Shown one piece after another: positions 1 to 12,011 of a stretch of DNA of 64,000 bases (position 1 is the first letter of the stretch; each line of letters starts with the position of its first letter). The DNA is from Octopus sinensis (lineage: Eukaryota). Both the position numbers and the translations under genes were made by a program. The notes under the pieces were generated by a model. That model ran no database searches. It was not told the origin of the DNA and saw only the letters and a list, made by a program, of their open reading frames with translations. The stretch is taken from assembly GCF_006345805.1 (NCBI RefSeq), contig NC_043005.1, positions 42,346,001-42,410,000 of the forward strand, read 5' to 3'.

Positions 1-61
1 AACTAATACATCTACTTGTTCCCTCACTTGTCTTCATCTTTTGTTTCCTGAAATTCTGAAC

Positions 62-130
<69 letters not shown>

Positions 131-198
131 CATATTATACTGCTGACGTCATAAGAATTATATAAACTATCGTGTGAACGTAATATATTTCTATAGAT

Positions 199-636
199 GA
201 TGATGGCAATCCCTCAAGGTCGAGAATGATGGTCTTCGCGCAAATTTACTGGTGAGTCCGTTGGTGACCGATAAGACCAATTCTTGCTTGAAAAGATCGG
301 TCGCAGTGCGGACATCTAGTGCCAGAAGGGAGAGTCGCACGTGGTTGTTGTTGGCGCTCCTTCCGTCGTCGTCTTTTCTCCTCCAGCTCTGCAGACCTTT
401 TCGACTCGAAAGTCGCCGTTCCCTCATGGATGGTGGTTTTCCAGAGTGGTCTGTTTTTTGGCGTTTCCTCCCAGTTAGTGAAGTCGATGTCACACTTTTT
501 TGAGGTTCGTTTTCAGGGAGTCCTTGTAGCGTTTCTTCTGGCCTCCTTTTGTACGCTTGCCGTCTTTGAGTTGGGAGTAGAAGATCTGTTTGGGAAGTCG
601 TTCGTCAGTCATTCTAACCACGTGGCCGCATGGAAG
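199..636 (-). mobile_element. 5'-truncated RTE-clade LINE, 3' end of ORF2 (one frameshift) plus short tail
   Basis: Minus strand reads [43 protein letters not shown], then a +1 shift in an A6 run at 496-501, then [10 protein letters not shown]...CPHCDRSFQARIGLIGHQRTHQ* (stop 246-248). This is the typical RTE C-terminus with a C2H2 finger. (CAT)n tail; 12-bp TSD ATTTCTATAGAT at 187-198 and 637-648. Confidence 0.9.
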
Positions 637-1157
637 ATTTCTATAGATACTCGTATATATAAGCAATATAGGGTAGTTTCTCTCACATGTAGTTTATTTA
701 TTTCCAACGGTTAAACTATAAAGAGAAAATATTCGTCTATTCATGTTAAATATATAAAAATAACAAGCAAAGTTGACAATTTAATATAATTAAATGGCGA
801 GGTGGGCGGTGGATGTCATAATTCCTTAATTATGTCTGTTGTTTTTACGATTAGCTTTGAAGAACAGAATATCTCCCATCATTTTGAATTTTACCAAACT
901 TTTCAGGGAGTTAAACATATTGCATTTACCTACCCTCTCTGTTGATTTGAGGTCTTAATTACCTTTAAAGGTCATCTTACCAGTAATTTCAAGGAGGTTT
1001 TTCCATCTCACTTTATTTTGAAATATGAGATTCTCACTTATTTGTATTTAATATGGGGATACTTCATCCATTACTACAGAGACAATTTTCCCATTGGACA
1101 ACGTGTACACAACGTAGTGCACATTTATATGTATGTGTGCAACCAAACAGAAAATAC

Positions 1158-1251
1158 CTATACACACACATATACACGCGCGCGTACACACACACACGCA
1201 CCCACATATATATATGTGAGTGCTATATATATACATGCATACATACATACA

Positions 1252-1324
<73 letters not shown>

Positions 1325-1325
1325 A
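1158..1325. repeat. Compound microsatellite (CA)n/(CATA)n/(TA)n
   Basis: Direct reading; explains the YIHT/YIYI pseudo-ORFs here. Confidence 0.95.
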
Positions 1326-1740
1326 ATGTATATTGTATGAATATATGAATAAAAGTGTCTGCACATAACAACCTGTTTCTCTTAGGGGTCACAGGTCAGT
1401 TTTCAGCAAGGAAACCTAAGGTCAAATAAGTTCCAGTCGCGACTATCTTGCCTTTCCTTTGCATAGCAAGGATTGCCGTCCAGGTTAAGATAGAATGATT
1501 GCCAATGTGTGTGTGTGTGTGTATGTGTGTGTGTGTATACGTGTCTATGTGGGGAAACAAAAGTGAGATTTCCGTAAATGTGGCAGAGTTCATATATACG
1601 TTTAAATGCGATGACTCAGTCTGTCGCTGTCTTGACTGAGTATTTTTGGCGCCTGAAGGATTGCGCATAACTACCAAAATACTATCGCTCTCTTCTTACA
1701 CACACACACACGCACACGCACACACACACACATACGCACG

Positions 1741-1771
<31 letters not shown>

Positions 1772-1824
1772 GCACACACACTCTCTCTCTCTCTCACACA
1801 CACACACATACACTTACACAAACA

Positions 1825-2046
1825 TTTTTATTCTCGTTTCACTCATGCTGGAGTACCGCCTTAAAGGGTTTTAGTCGAAGAAATGGATCCCAAGACTTAT
1901 ACTTTGAAAGCTAAGCGCTTATTCTATTATTCTCCTTTGCCGAACTGCGAAGTTAAAGGAACGTAAACTCATCAGGATCGGTTGTCAAACAATGAAGTGG
2001 CAGTAAACACACACACACACATGCACGCGCGCACACATACATAATT

Positions 2047-2106
<60 letters not shown>

Positions 2107-2253
2107 CATACATACGACGGGCTTCTTTCAGTTTCCGTCTACTTAATCCATTCAGGAGTGTTTGATCGGCCCGAGGCAAAAGTAAAAGACAGTCGGCTAA
2201 GGTGCCAAGCAATGGGACTGAGCTCGGAACCATGTAATTGAGAAGCACAAGCC
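1825..2253 (-). mobile_element. Degenerate SINE-A copy
   Basis: Diverged reverse complement of the SINE-A copies at 12796 and 51660, including the internal (CA)n/(TA)n. Confidence 0.75.
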
Positions 2254-2277
2254 AAGCCTGCGAATATGTATGTAGCA

Positions 2278-2961
2278 TGATCAATAAGTATCCGGACTGC
2301 TGCCATAGTAACGAAGAGTGAAGCCGCTTGGCATTGATTGACCTTGAAATCTCCTGTGCTCGCGCACTAAGTTTTACCGTTCTAGCTTACTTCCGTTGTT
2401 TACAGCAGTGCTTGGAAGGAAGGTGTGTAATGTGTGATCGTCGTATTGACCATGACAAAGAAAGGTCAGCAGAGAATCTTTGAGGCCTACGCAAAGTTTT
2501 CATCGTTCTCAACACAATCAAGATCTTGTGCAACTGAGGCCCGAGTGTCTTTTATGTCAGCTGAAAGCTGTTTCGGCACAAACTTGTCAAACACTCTTCT
2601 CATACCTACATCTTCAGTGGTAACCGTAACTAATATGCACATCTTTTGATAACTCACAGATGGTGATTCGACGATATCCCTTCACAGCTGAACGCATATC
2701 TGCGAGGTTTTTCTCAGTTCTTCTGGTTGTGGGTCTCCAGAACGTTCGTCGATATCGACATTTTTCGGCCATCTTGGAAACGTCTGAACCACTCGTACAC
2801 CTGTGCGGCTCATACATCCCTCTGCATACACTTTCTGCAATTTTGCGTAGGCCTCTGAGCAGTTATCGCCATGACAACATTCTCTGTCATGGTGAATGCG
2901 ACGATCACACGCTACACACCTTCCTTCCAAGCACTGCTGTAACACCTATTGATCAAACCTG

Positions 2962-2965
<4 letters not shown>
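2278..2965 (-). mobile_element. Mariner-derived fold-back element (N-terminal transposase pseudogene with an inverted 5' end replacing the 3' half)
   Basis: Minus frames give EAYAKLQKVYAEGCMSR, VYEWFRRFQDG, RPTTRRTEKNLADMRSAVKGYRRITICELSKDVHISYG, KFVPK and ENDENF. TIR-like TGATCAATA(A/G) at both ends; 2398-2496 is an inverted copy of 2842-2943; TA at the right end. Confidence 0.85.
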
Positions 2966-2999
<34 letters not shown>

Positions 3000-3010
3000 T
3001 ATATATATAT

Positions 3011-3063
3011 GATAAGATGGTAACAGACAGACAGACAGGCAGAATTGCCTTTTATATATAAGA
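3011..3063 (-). mobile_element. Helitron-like 5' terminus fragment
   Basis: Minus strand A|TCTTATATATAAAAGGCAATTCTGCCTGTCTGTCTGTCTG resembles non-autonomous Helitron 5' ends; no 3' end identified. Confidence 0.4.
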
Positions 3064-3074
3064 TATATGCATTA

Positions 3075-3250
3075 TATCGGTTTCAAATTTTGTCACAAAG
3101 CTAGCTATTTCTAGGGAGCGGATAAGTCGATTATATCGACCGCAGTTCTCAACTAATACTTATTTTATCGAACCCGAAAGAATGAAAGTCGACCTTGGTG
3201 GAATATGAGCTGAGAACATGAAGACGGATGAAATGTCGCTAAGCACTTGT
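3075..3250 (-). mobile_element. Degenerate SINE-B fragment
   Basis: GTCGATTATATCGAC...CCCGAAAGAATGAAAGTCGACC matches the SINE-B body. Confidence 0.7.
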
Positions 3251-3711
3251 CTTTTCATTGCACATAAGTTTCAAGTCTGCAGTAGCATTTTCTCTCAACA
3301 GCCGAAGTAGTTTTCTGTATTAGAACCTAATATCTAGTTTGCTTCCTTTGAGATTAGAAGTTTTAGTGTTTTAATCGTTTCCAAAATAGCGTAAATTAGT
3401 CTACATTAAAAAAAAGATATTGTGGATATTTTCCCCCTTCTATAAGAACCTTCAATTGTTTCTGGAAGCTCTGATGTAACGTTGGTTCTATACTTTATTT
3501 CATTTTATTTGCCATAAAGGCAGTACAAAGACGAGTAGCTTTGCAGGCTGGGCAAGACACTGCTGAGGCGAATGATAATGATACGAGATGATAAGGATGG
3601 GAGAAGACAGAAAGGGCCCGCCGACCCTCTGCTTCTCTATAACATTGTTCTTTTACTGAAATACATATTGAGGTAATAACCTTCTTACAATTTACAATGT
3701 TTTACAATTTC

Positions 3712-4053
3712 TTTACGACGACAAGGGTTCCGGTTGATCCGAATCAACGGAACAGCCTGCTCGTGAAATTAACGTGTAAGTGGCTGAGCACCCCACAGAC
3801 ACGTGTAGTTCTCGGGGATATTCAGCGTGACACAGAGAGTGACAAGGCCGGCCCTTTGAAATACAGGTACAACAGAAACAGGAAGTAAGAGAAAGTTGTG
3901 GTGAAAGAGTACAGCAGGGATCACCACCATCCCCTGCCGGAGCCTCAGGTGTTTTCGCTCAATAAATACTCACAACGCCCGGTCTGGGAATCGAAACCGC
4001 GATCCTACGACCGCGTGTCCGCTGCCTTAACCACTGGGCCATTGCGCCTCCAC
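3712..4053 (-). mobile_element. SINE-C, body X + tail Z
   Basis: tRNA-like head GTGGAGGCGCAATGGCCCAGTGGTTAAGG...GGTTTCGATTCCC (A/B boxes), body X (GAGCGAAAACACC...), tail Z (ACCTGTATTTCAAAGGGCC...GTCGTCGTAA). Confidence 0.85.
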
Positions 4054-4604
4054 AGGATGTCCATTACAATTTAAGATATAATAAGACACATATTGAGGCG
4101 ATAAACCTCTTACCTCACGAACGTTGGTTCTATACTTGCTGATTCACTTGTCTTCCGAAGAGCTAAGGTTCGTGTTTTGAACTTTCAAGCCAGCTACAGG
4201 AAGAAATATGTTTCTGTGACTTCTTCATATTCTTCTTTTAATTGCTTAAACAAACTTAACGATTCCTATGATAAATGGCTTGGGTGCATGGTGAGTGATA
4301 GTGTGTCACATCGTCCCCTCAAACCGGTGACATTTCTACATTTCCCTGATGTCACTTGTTTGGTATGAGATTAATTCATCATAACTATGTTTTTTGTTTG
4401 TTTAAAGTTGTCTATGTAAATACTTATAAAATTCTAATAAATTTTCTTCTCATTCTGTTCTTAATTTTGTACCAAATGTAATTGTTTTGCTCTTGCATGA
4501 CGTCATGGGATAACAAAATAAATGAACTGATTTTTAAAATATTATTGTTAACTAAAAATAAATAAATTGCTTCACAATTTGTACAATGAAGTACAATAAA
4601 ATGT

Positions 4605-4914
4605 GTGGAGGCATGTGGTCTAGTGGTTAGAGCAGCGGACTCGCGGTCGAAGGATCGCGGGCTCGAATCTCAGACCGGGCGATGTGTGTATTTATAAGCG
4701 AAACACCTATGCTCCATGCGGTTCCGGCAGAAGGCAATGGCGAACTTCTGCTGACTTTTCCGCCACAACATTCTCTCACGCTTTCCTCCTGCATCTAGCA
4801 GCTCACCTGTGACGGACTGGCGTCCCGTCCAGGTGGGGAACCTATACGCAATGAAACCGGGAAACAGGCCCTTACGAGCCAAGCGTGGCTCGAGAAGGAA
4901 CAAACAACAACAAA
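4605..4914 (+). mobile_element. SINE-C, body X + V-like tail
   Basis: Head GGAGGCATGTGGTCTAGTGGTTAGAGC...GCTCGAATCTC; tail with GACGGACTGGCGTCCCGTCCAGG (resembles the V-SINE conserved motif) ending in (AAC)n. Confidence 0.85.
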
Positions 4915-5495
4915 ATACTCCAGGATGACAATGCAAACCAATTGTGACTGACTCATATAGCAAAAAGATGATTCTTTGTAAAGGTGTCCTGAAGAATTCT
5001 AAACCAAAATTTGTGATAATTATATCGGTGCTCTAAGTGGCTTTCTATTGTTTTACATATTAATTCTCTTGAAAACTTTGAAAGACAGTGATTACAAATA
5101 CATTTTGAGATGAGCCTGAAGCAAAAGTAATCAGGATTGCCAAGGATATCCGGAGAATCCGGAGAACACACATTTCTAAATATCTACATTGTTTATCTGG
5201 GTAAACGAAAGTTGTATGTTCTTAGCCGGATATAAGAGACTATCAGTCTATGAAGGTATTTGAATAAGTGGGCGTGTTTGAATTAGATTGTTGTTATTGA
5301 CACCGCTGCAACAATGAATGTACACACACACGCACAATATTAGTATATTCCGATGTTAATTTTTGTACCCGTATGTATATTTATTTCGTATGTATATCTC
5401 AGTGTTTAATTTTACTTCCTTATAAAATATACTTAATATTTAATTGGCGAATATTTATTCTAAATCAAATCTAAATGTTTTGTTTGTTAGTTATT

Positions 5496-5531
<36 letters not shown>

Positions 5532-5593
5532 TCTCTCTCTCACTCAATAACTCACTCTTTTACTCTTTGTTGCATACATACATACATACATAC

Positions 5594-5676
<83 letters not shown>

Positions 5677-5679
<3 letters not shown>

Positions 5680-5904
5680 CTTTATTGCCCACAAGGGGCT
5701 AAACAGAGGGGACAAAAAAATGACAGACAAAGAGACTAAATCGATTACATCGACCCCAGTGCGTAACTGGTACTTATTTAATCGACTCCGAAAGGATGAA
5801 AGGCAAAGTCGACCTCGGCGGAGTTTGAACTCAGAACATAGCGGCAGACGAAATAACGTTAAGCATTTCGCCCGACGTGCTAACGTTTCTGCCAGCTCGC
5901 CGCC
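5677..5904 (-). mobile_element. Full-length SINE-B (tail 1)
   Basis: Head GGCGGCGAGCTGGCAGAAACG...GAGTTCAAACTCC; body GTCGACTTTGCCTTTCATCCTTTCGGAGTCG; tail GGGCAATAAAGAA; lies between (TA)n and (CT)n. Confidence 0.9.
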
Positions 5905-5984
<80 letters not shown>

Positions 5985-6989
5985 GATATATATATATATA
6001 TATATTACACAAAAAATTACATCAGTCAGTACCTAACAGTGAAAGACGACATAAAAGAGTTTACAACAATCTCCAAGTATAAATTAAATAAACCCAGCAA
6101 TGGTGGAAATATGACTAATTGGCAAGCAGAAAATATGCAAGGAAAAATTAATTAGAATATTAGGAAAGCATTTAGTCTCCAACAGTGGAACAATAGCAAC
6201 ACATTAATTAGCAGATTGAATAATATGAATTGTAACACGACTCTGGTACATACAATTTGTCATTGTCCGAACAGGCGACACACACATTCTATACATATAA
6301 CAGCGCCAAACTTTGCTATACGATATAACGTTAGAAATGATATAGACTTAGATATAGTCATTCACGCTACGAAGACTCTAGGCAAACGCTGTCTAGCTTA
6401 AAAGACACAGTAAATATCAGTATGTGGTCGTACGCAGGCAAATATACTATATTATCTCATGTTGGGCGTTAAAAAGTATTGTACCCCCATTTCGGCATCT
6501 ATAGAGATGATGGATTGGTCATTAGACCACACACAACTTCACCCGCAGTAGAGAGGTTTAATAAAGTTCATATTTCGTGGATGTCAGTCTTTACAACAAT
6601 TCCGTTCTGAAAAGCCTCGTTAATGAATTGTATACGGAAGGCAAAGATTCATATTATATATTTTATTTCAAAGGGTATTATCTTTTTTCCACTTTCAGCA
6701 TCCCTGAAATGCAGCGCAAATTAATGTTACGCCTAAAAGTTGTACACATGTAAGCATATTCCCCACAGATATGTATATATATCGAGGAGAGTACAGAGAT
6801 AAACAGAGCAGTAAATATTTGAGAGATTATAAATAAATAAATCATGAAAATTTTTCGGAAGTGGTTAAGAGGGATAGTGATGGAAAGGAGATATGGGAGT
6901 GAGAGTGAAGATGGAGAGAGAGAGATATAGAGAGTAGGAGTGAAAGGTTAAAATAAAGAGTACCATATTGGTTTGTTCAGAGAGTAGGT

Positions 6990-7450
6990 TTGCTAAAAAC
7001 AGTGAGTTGCAGGTAAATGTCAGACTGGTCAGTGAGAGGAAAATACTAAAATAGCGACTGTGCGAAGTCGTCGTAGCCGTTCTTGTCATTATTTAGCTCC
7101 AAGCTATTCTGAATGAGTACACCAAGTACCAACATTGTATTTTCTCCTCAGAAAATTATCCTCCCATCACGACACACACAAACAAAAGAAAAAAAATTCT
7201 CAGTTATGGCCTTTCTCTTGGAAGAAGGATTTAAACATTTGACCATTCTTTCTAGCAGTTCGTGTAACAACGTAGAGGTTACCTGCCTCGTTCGTGGAAA
7301 GCAGTGGTGGACATAGCTAGGGGAAGATGTCGTCGAATAATGGTGAGAATATTAATACCGTCAGTGTTTGTTTATGTAGGTGAGTGGGAAGAGAAAATAA
7401 TTAGAGTACATAATGATAGTAAATTTGGAAGAGAGGTTTGCAATATTTCA
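6990..7450 (-). mobile_element. Possible highly decayed LINE reverse-transcriptase fragment
   Basis: Broken frames TDGINILTI..HLP and LLERMVK..SFFQEKG resemble RT motifs GPDGI and KLLERMV; many stops and shifts. Confidence 0.3.
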
Positions 7451-8598
7451 TTGGAAAAGGTGGTTAAAATAAATTTTTATCGGAAGAAATGATCAGTATG
7501 AGATTACGGTTACTATGATCAAAGTGAGAAAATAACCAAATGTTAAGAGGAGGTAAGAGTGGCTAAATGGGTAAGTAGTTAGCGAGGACCTTCCCGGGTG
7601 ACGCTTTTGTGGAGCAGCACTTTTGAATCTGCTATATAAGCCTGTATAGTCTCTGCGGACCTGAGAGGAAGGGTGGCAAAATCAAGGGATGTCCTGAGCA
7701 ACGTACACACTCTTACTATATCACTTAAAGTGGGATAGGAATAGTTAAACTATGTAAAAGAAAGAAAAAAATGGCGAAAGTGATAAATATAGTGACGGTG
7801 ATGTAGGAGTGGGGAAAGTGAGAAGCAGAGGTGGGACTGTGATAATAGGTGTTTAAAAGAAACGGAACAAAAGGAGGATGTATTACAACAATGATAACAA
7901 CTGTAATGAATATATTATAAATATTAAATATTTTTTTGAAAAATGTATTTATGTTATATGAGGTCAACACATCACTTGTACAGTGCTGCAACAACCGTCA
8001 CTGCAGCAACTATATAAATAGAAAATGAAGAGTCATAGCAGCAACATAGCCAACGTCTCAAACTACTTCAGCTGTACTGTCTACCAGCACTATTATCAGT
8101 GAACAAGGAAGCATTTATGCAGGTCACTTGATCTGCTAGACATAGCATTCGAATCGCCTTCGTGCTACATGGTACTGTCTTAGAAAATGGGAAACGACAC
8201 GTTTTATTTTATAATGCTTTCTATATATCGCAGGGTTTGAAATGAAGAAAAAAAACAGAAAACGGAAAAGAAGGTATCATAAAGCGTGAACTGAGTTTGA
8301 TCGTAATTATGCTGGATCATGTGAAACTTGCAGCTAAAGAACAATAACAGCTACTATTATGGTAAATATTCGTCCACAGTTTTAAAGGATGGTGGAGTTG
8401 TAGCAGAGACGCATGAATGTTAAATGTGGTCCGGTCAAAATACACAAAGTAAAAGTTTCAGTGTTTAATTCTTTTGTAAGTAAAATAATTGAAAGAAAAA
8501 GAGAAAGCAATGGAAGCATGAAGTGAATAAAACTTAGAATAAGGGAACTGGATTGTCGAATTACGGGCTTAGACATACTATGGCTGTTATTCTTAAAG

Positions 8599-8921
8599 CA
8601 GGATTCCTCAACCGGGGTCCATATAAAATTTTAGAGGGTCCACGCGACTAAATAGTACATTGAGGGTCTACAATACTCTATTAAGGGTTCTTGAAAAAAA
8701 TTATGATTGAGATGGCAGTAGTCGTGTTTATTGCAAGAAATGGCGAGGTTTCTTTCTCTATGATTTTACATAAATTCAACCTACACAAGTTAATGTGTGA
8801 AAAACAAAGTAGGAATAGTTTCTATAAAAGTAGTTGTTAAACATCGAATAGCTATCGGGGTTCATCAGAATAAAATTATAATCGAAGGGATCCATAGATA
8901 AAAAATTGTTGAGAACCCCTG
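8599..8921. mobile_element. hAT-type MITE, copy 1
   Basis: TIRs CAGGATTCCTCAAC / GTTGAGAACCCCTG; degenerate 8-bp flanks; internal similarity to 12012-12666. Confidence 0.7.
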
Positions 8922-9146
8922 TCCTTGAAGGAATAAAAGAGACACTCATATGCTGTATAACTTAGTCGTACTCTGTGTGATTCTTCTTAATTCTTCAAGA
9001 TCTTTCCTTCTTTCTTCTCCAATTTTGAATACAATATAACAATGTTGTATAAATATAGCTCACTTCTTGCAAAAAAAAAAAAGCCACACTCTCTCCCGTC
9101 TTCCACACTCACTCCTTTTCTACTGAAGGATTGTGCAGTAAATATT

Positions 9147-9949
9147 CTTTTCTATTCTTGGCACAAGGCCCGAAATTTTGGGGTAGGGAACCAGTCGATT
9201 AGATCGACTCTAGTACGCAACTAGTACCTAATTTATCGACCCCGAAAGGATGAAAGCCAAAGTCGATCTCGGCGGAACTTGAACTCAGAACGTAAAGACA
9301 GACGAAATACCTATTTCTTTACTACCGACAAGGGGCTAAACACAGAGAGGACAAACAAGGACAGACAAATGGATTAAGTCGATTATATCGACACCAGTGC
9401 GATACTGGTACTTAATTTATCGACCCCGAAAGGATGAAAGGCAAAGTCGACCTCGGCGGAATTTGAACTCAGAACGTAACGGCATACGAAATACGGCTAC
9501 GCATTTCGCCCGGCGTGCTAACATTTATTTTCTACTCTAGGTACAAGGTCCGAAATTTTGGGGGAGGAAGCCAGTCGATTAGATCGACCAAGTACGCAAC
9601 TGGTATCTAACTTATCGACCCCGAAAGGAGGAAAAGTAAAGTCGACCTCGGCGGAATTTGATCTCAGAACGTAAAGACAGACGAAACACCGCTAAGCATT
9701 TCGCCCGGCATGCTAACGTTTCTTATTTCTTTATTGCCCACAAGGGGCTAAACATAGAGGGTACAAACAAGGACAGACAAAGGGATTAAGTCGATTACAT
9801 CGACTCCAGTGCGTAACTGGTACTTCATTTATCGACCCCGAAAGGCAAAGTCGACCTCGGCGGTATTTGAACACAGAACGTAAAGACAGACGAAAAACCG
9901 CGAAGCAGTTCGCCCGGCGTGCTAACGTTTCTGCCAGCTTGCCGCCTTG
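9147..9949 (-). mobile_element. SINE-B tetramer within a single 16-bp TSD
   Basis: Four head-to-tail units (about 9147-9311, 9312-9522, 9523-9723, 9724-9946); TSD TTGTGCAGTAAATATT at 9131-9146 and 9950-9965. Confidence 0.9.
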
Positions 9950-10218
9950 TTGTGCAGTAAATATTACATCACAATAAATTGCTTCTTGTACAAATCATGT
10001 TATTTAATTTACTCTTGTCAACATTAGTACTGATAATTCTAGTGACTTATTCTTGATATTCTTTTTTGTCATGTTTGAAGAGAGAACAATTTTATTTGCA
10101 GTTCATGGTTTCTCTACAATCAGAGATGGAGGTGAGGAATATGCTCCAATACACAGTTTAATTTGAACAACAGAATGTTTCTTAATTATTAGAATATGTA
10201 AGAATATGGAAACTTATT

Positions 10219-10594
10219 CTTTTCTCTTCGAGGCACAAGGCCCGAAATTTTTGGGAAGGGGACCAGTCGATTAGATCGATCCCAGTACGTAACTGGTACT
10301 TAATTTATTGACCCTGAAAGGATGAAAGGTAAAGTCGAACTCGGCGTAAAGACAAGAAATACCTATTTCTTTACTACCCACAAGGGGCTAAACACAGAGG
10401 ACAAACAAGGACAGATAAATGGATTAAGTCGATTATATCGACTCCAGTGCATAACTGGTACTTATTTAATCGACCCCGAAAGGATGAAAGGCAAAGTCGA
10501 CCTCGGCGGAATTTGAGCTCAGAACGTAGCGGCAGACGAAATACCGCAAAGCATTTCGCCCGGTGTGCTAACGTTTCTGCCAGCTTGCCGCCCT
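10219..10594 (-). mobile_element. SINE-B dimer within a single 16-bp TSD
   Basis: Full tail-1 unit joined to a truncated tail-2 unit; TSD AATATGGAAACTTATT at 10203-10218 and 10595-10610. Confidence 0.9.
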
Positions 10595-12011
10595 AATATG
10601 GAAACTTATTAATAAATTGGACACTCTTATTGAAATAAAGGATGGTATTTATGAATGCTGTAGAAAGGGCTCCTTAGCCGTAGTGAAGGCAATCTATCTA
10701 GGGAGATAACCTTACAATACATCACTGGGTCCGTAGCTTAGAAATACTGGGTTGACGTCCAGCGGGAACAGCTTTGTTTCATGGAGGAGGAAAGATCTTC
10801 TTTAGTACTTGGTTGTACAATGCTTTCCAATGTGTGTAGTAGTGGCGCGCGCACACATTATTAGCCATTTGAAAAGACTATGAAAGTCTCGACCACGGTC
10901 GAACAATGATGATGATGATGTAGGTTTTAAGAAATAACAGGATAGGAAAGAAAGGATGGAAATAAGATGCTGATAAATCCAGATAGTCAGGTACAATCGG
11001 CAGCTTCTAAAAACCTCATTCAAATGAAAATTTTGTACTATTTGATTTTCTATCCGAAGAAACCTTGATAAGTGATATCTTACATGCTTCTCTTACATGT
11101 ACAATTTTGTAACTCCTGTTAGATAGCAATTGAAACATATGTAATGGTGAATAACTTATGCAAAATCCATTGTTTATATATGTGTGTGTGTGCATATGTA
11201 TGTGTGTCTGTGTGTGCGCACAAACGCACACTCACACACACACACACACAGTTATCTTTCGCAAGTGTTAACTGCTAAGTATTTAAACATAGCAAAGAAA
11301 ACGAAAAAGGCGTTCTTTTCAACAGACAGAAGTCCCTTGAGATGTTTGTTCTGCGTCGATTTACAGACGCTGTGTTGTTTATCCTTCTGTCAGAGATACA
11401 ATGAACAACAGAATGGCTTGCTTGCAGCATGTGAGCAACGGTGCTGTCGCTCAACAATTGCAGTAAACAAACAAACAAACAAACAAACAAACAAATAAAC
11501 AAATAAACAAACAAATAAATAAATAAATAAATAAATAAATAAATGAATAAATAAATAAATATAAAGGCCACAAAATTCAGGTCGGCTCTGGGTGATTGTG
11601 ATTGTGAATGGAATGTTAAAGTCGATTTATCTACCCTAGTTGTTGACCGGAGAAATGACAGCCAAAGTTGGTGTTATCAGTATTTGAACCCATTATGCAG
11701 GGTCTCGCACGATATAGAATAGCAGAAGGAGATTTCTGACTCAGATCTTCGAAGGAGATATTATTCGATTAAACCCATTTTCCTGTTCTTAAGGTTGAAT
11801 TTCACCGACACTGGATTTTGACCTGGAAAAGATTTCAGCAAACATTACAGAGCAAAGACACTGAATATTTCATTTTAATGAATTTGTTCCATTTCCAGTT
11901 TAAATTTTTGTTCAGCCAATGCAAATATTTCTCAGCGTCTTAGAAATAACAGTCAGATTTGCCTCAAATCATACTTATTCCATGTTATATGACGAATTAG
12001 AAAATGTAGAC

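Noticed and set aside
9147-9949. CRISPR-like or satellite interpretation of the repeated GTCGACCTCGGCGGAATTTGAAC motif
   Set aside because: The units are SINE bodies with no unique spacers, no cas genes and a eukaryotic context.
10102-10131. 30-nt micro-exon candidate (TTTGCAG|..GAG|GTGAGG; HGFSTIRDG)
   Set aside because: Too short to distinguish from chance splice-like motifs in 64 kb.
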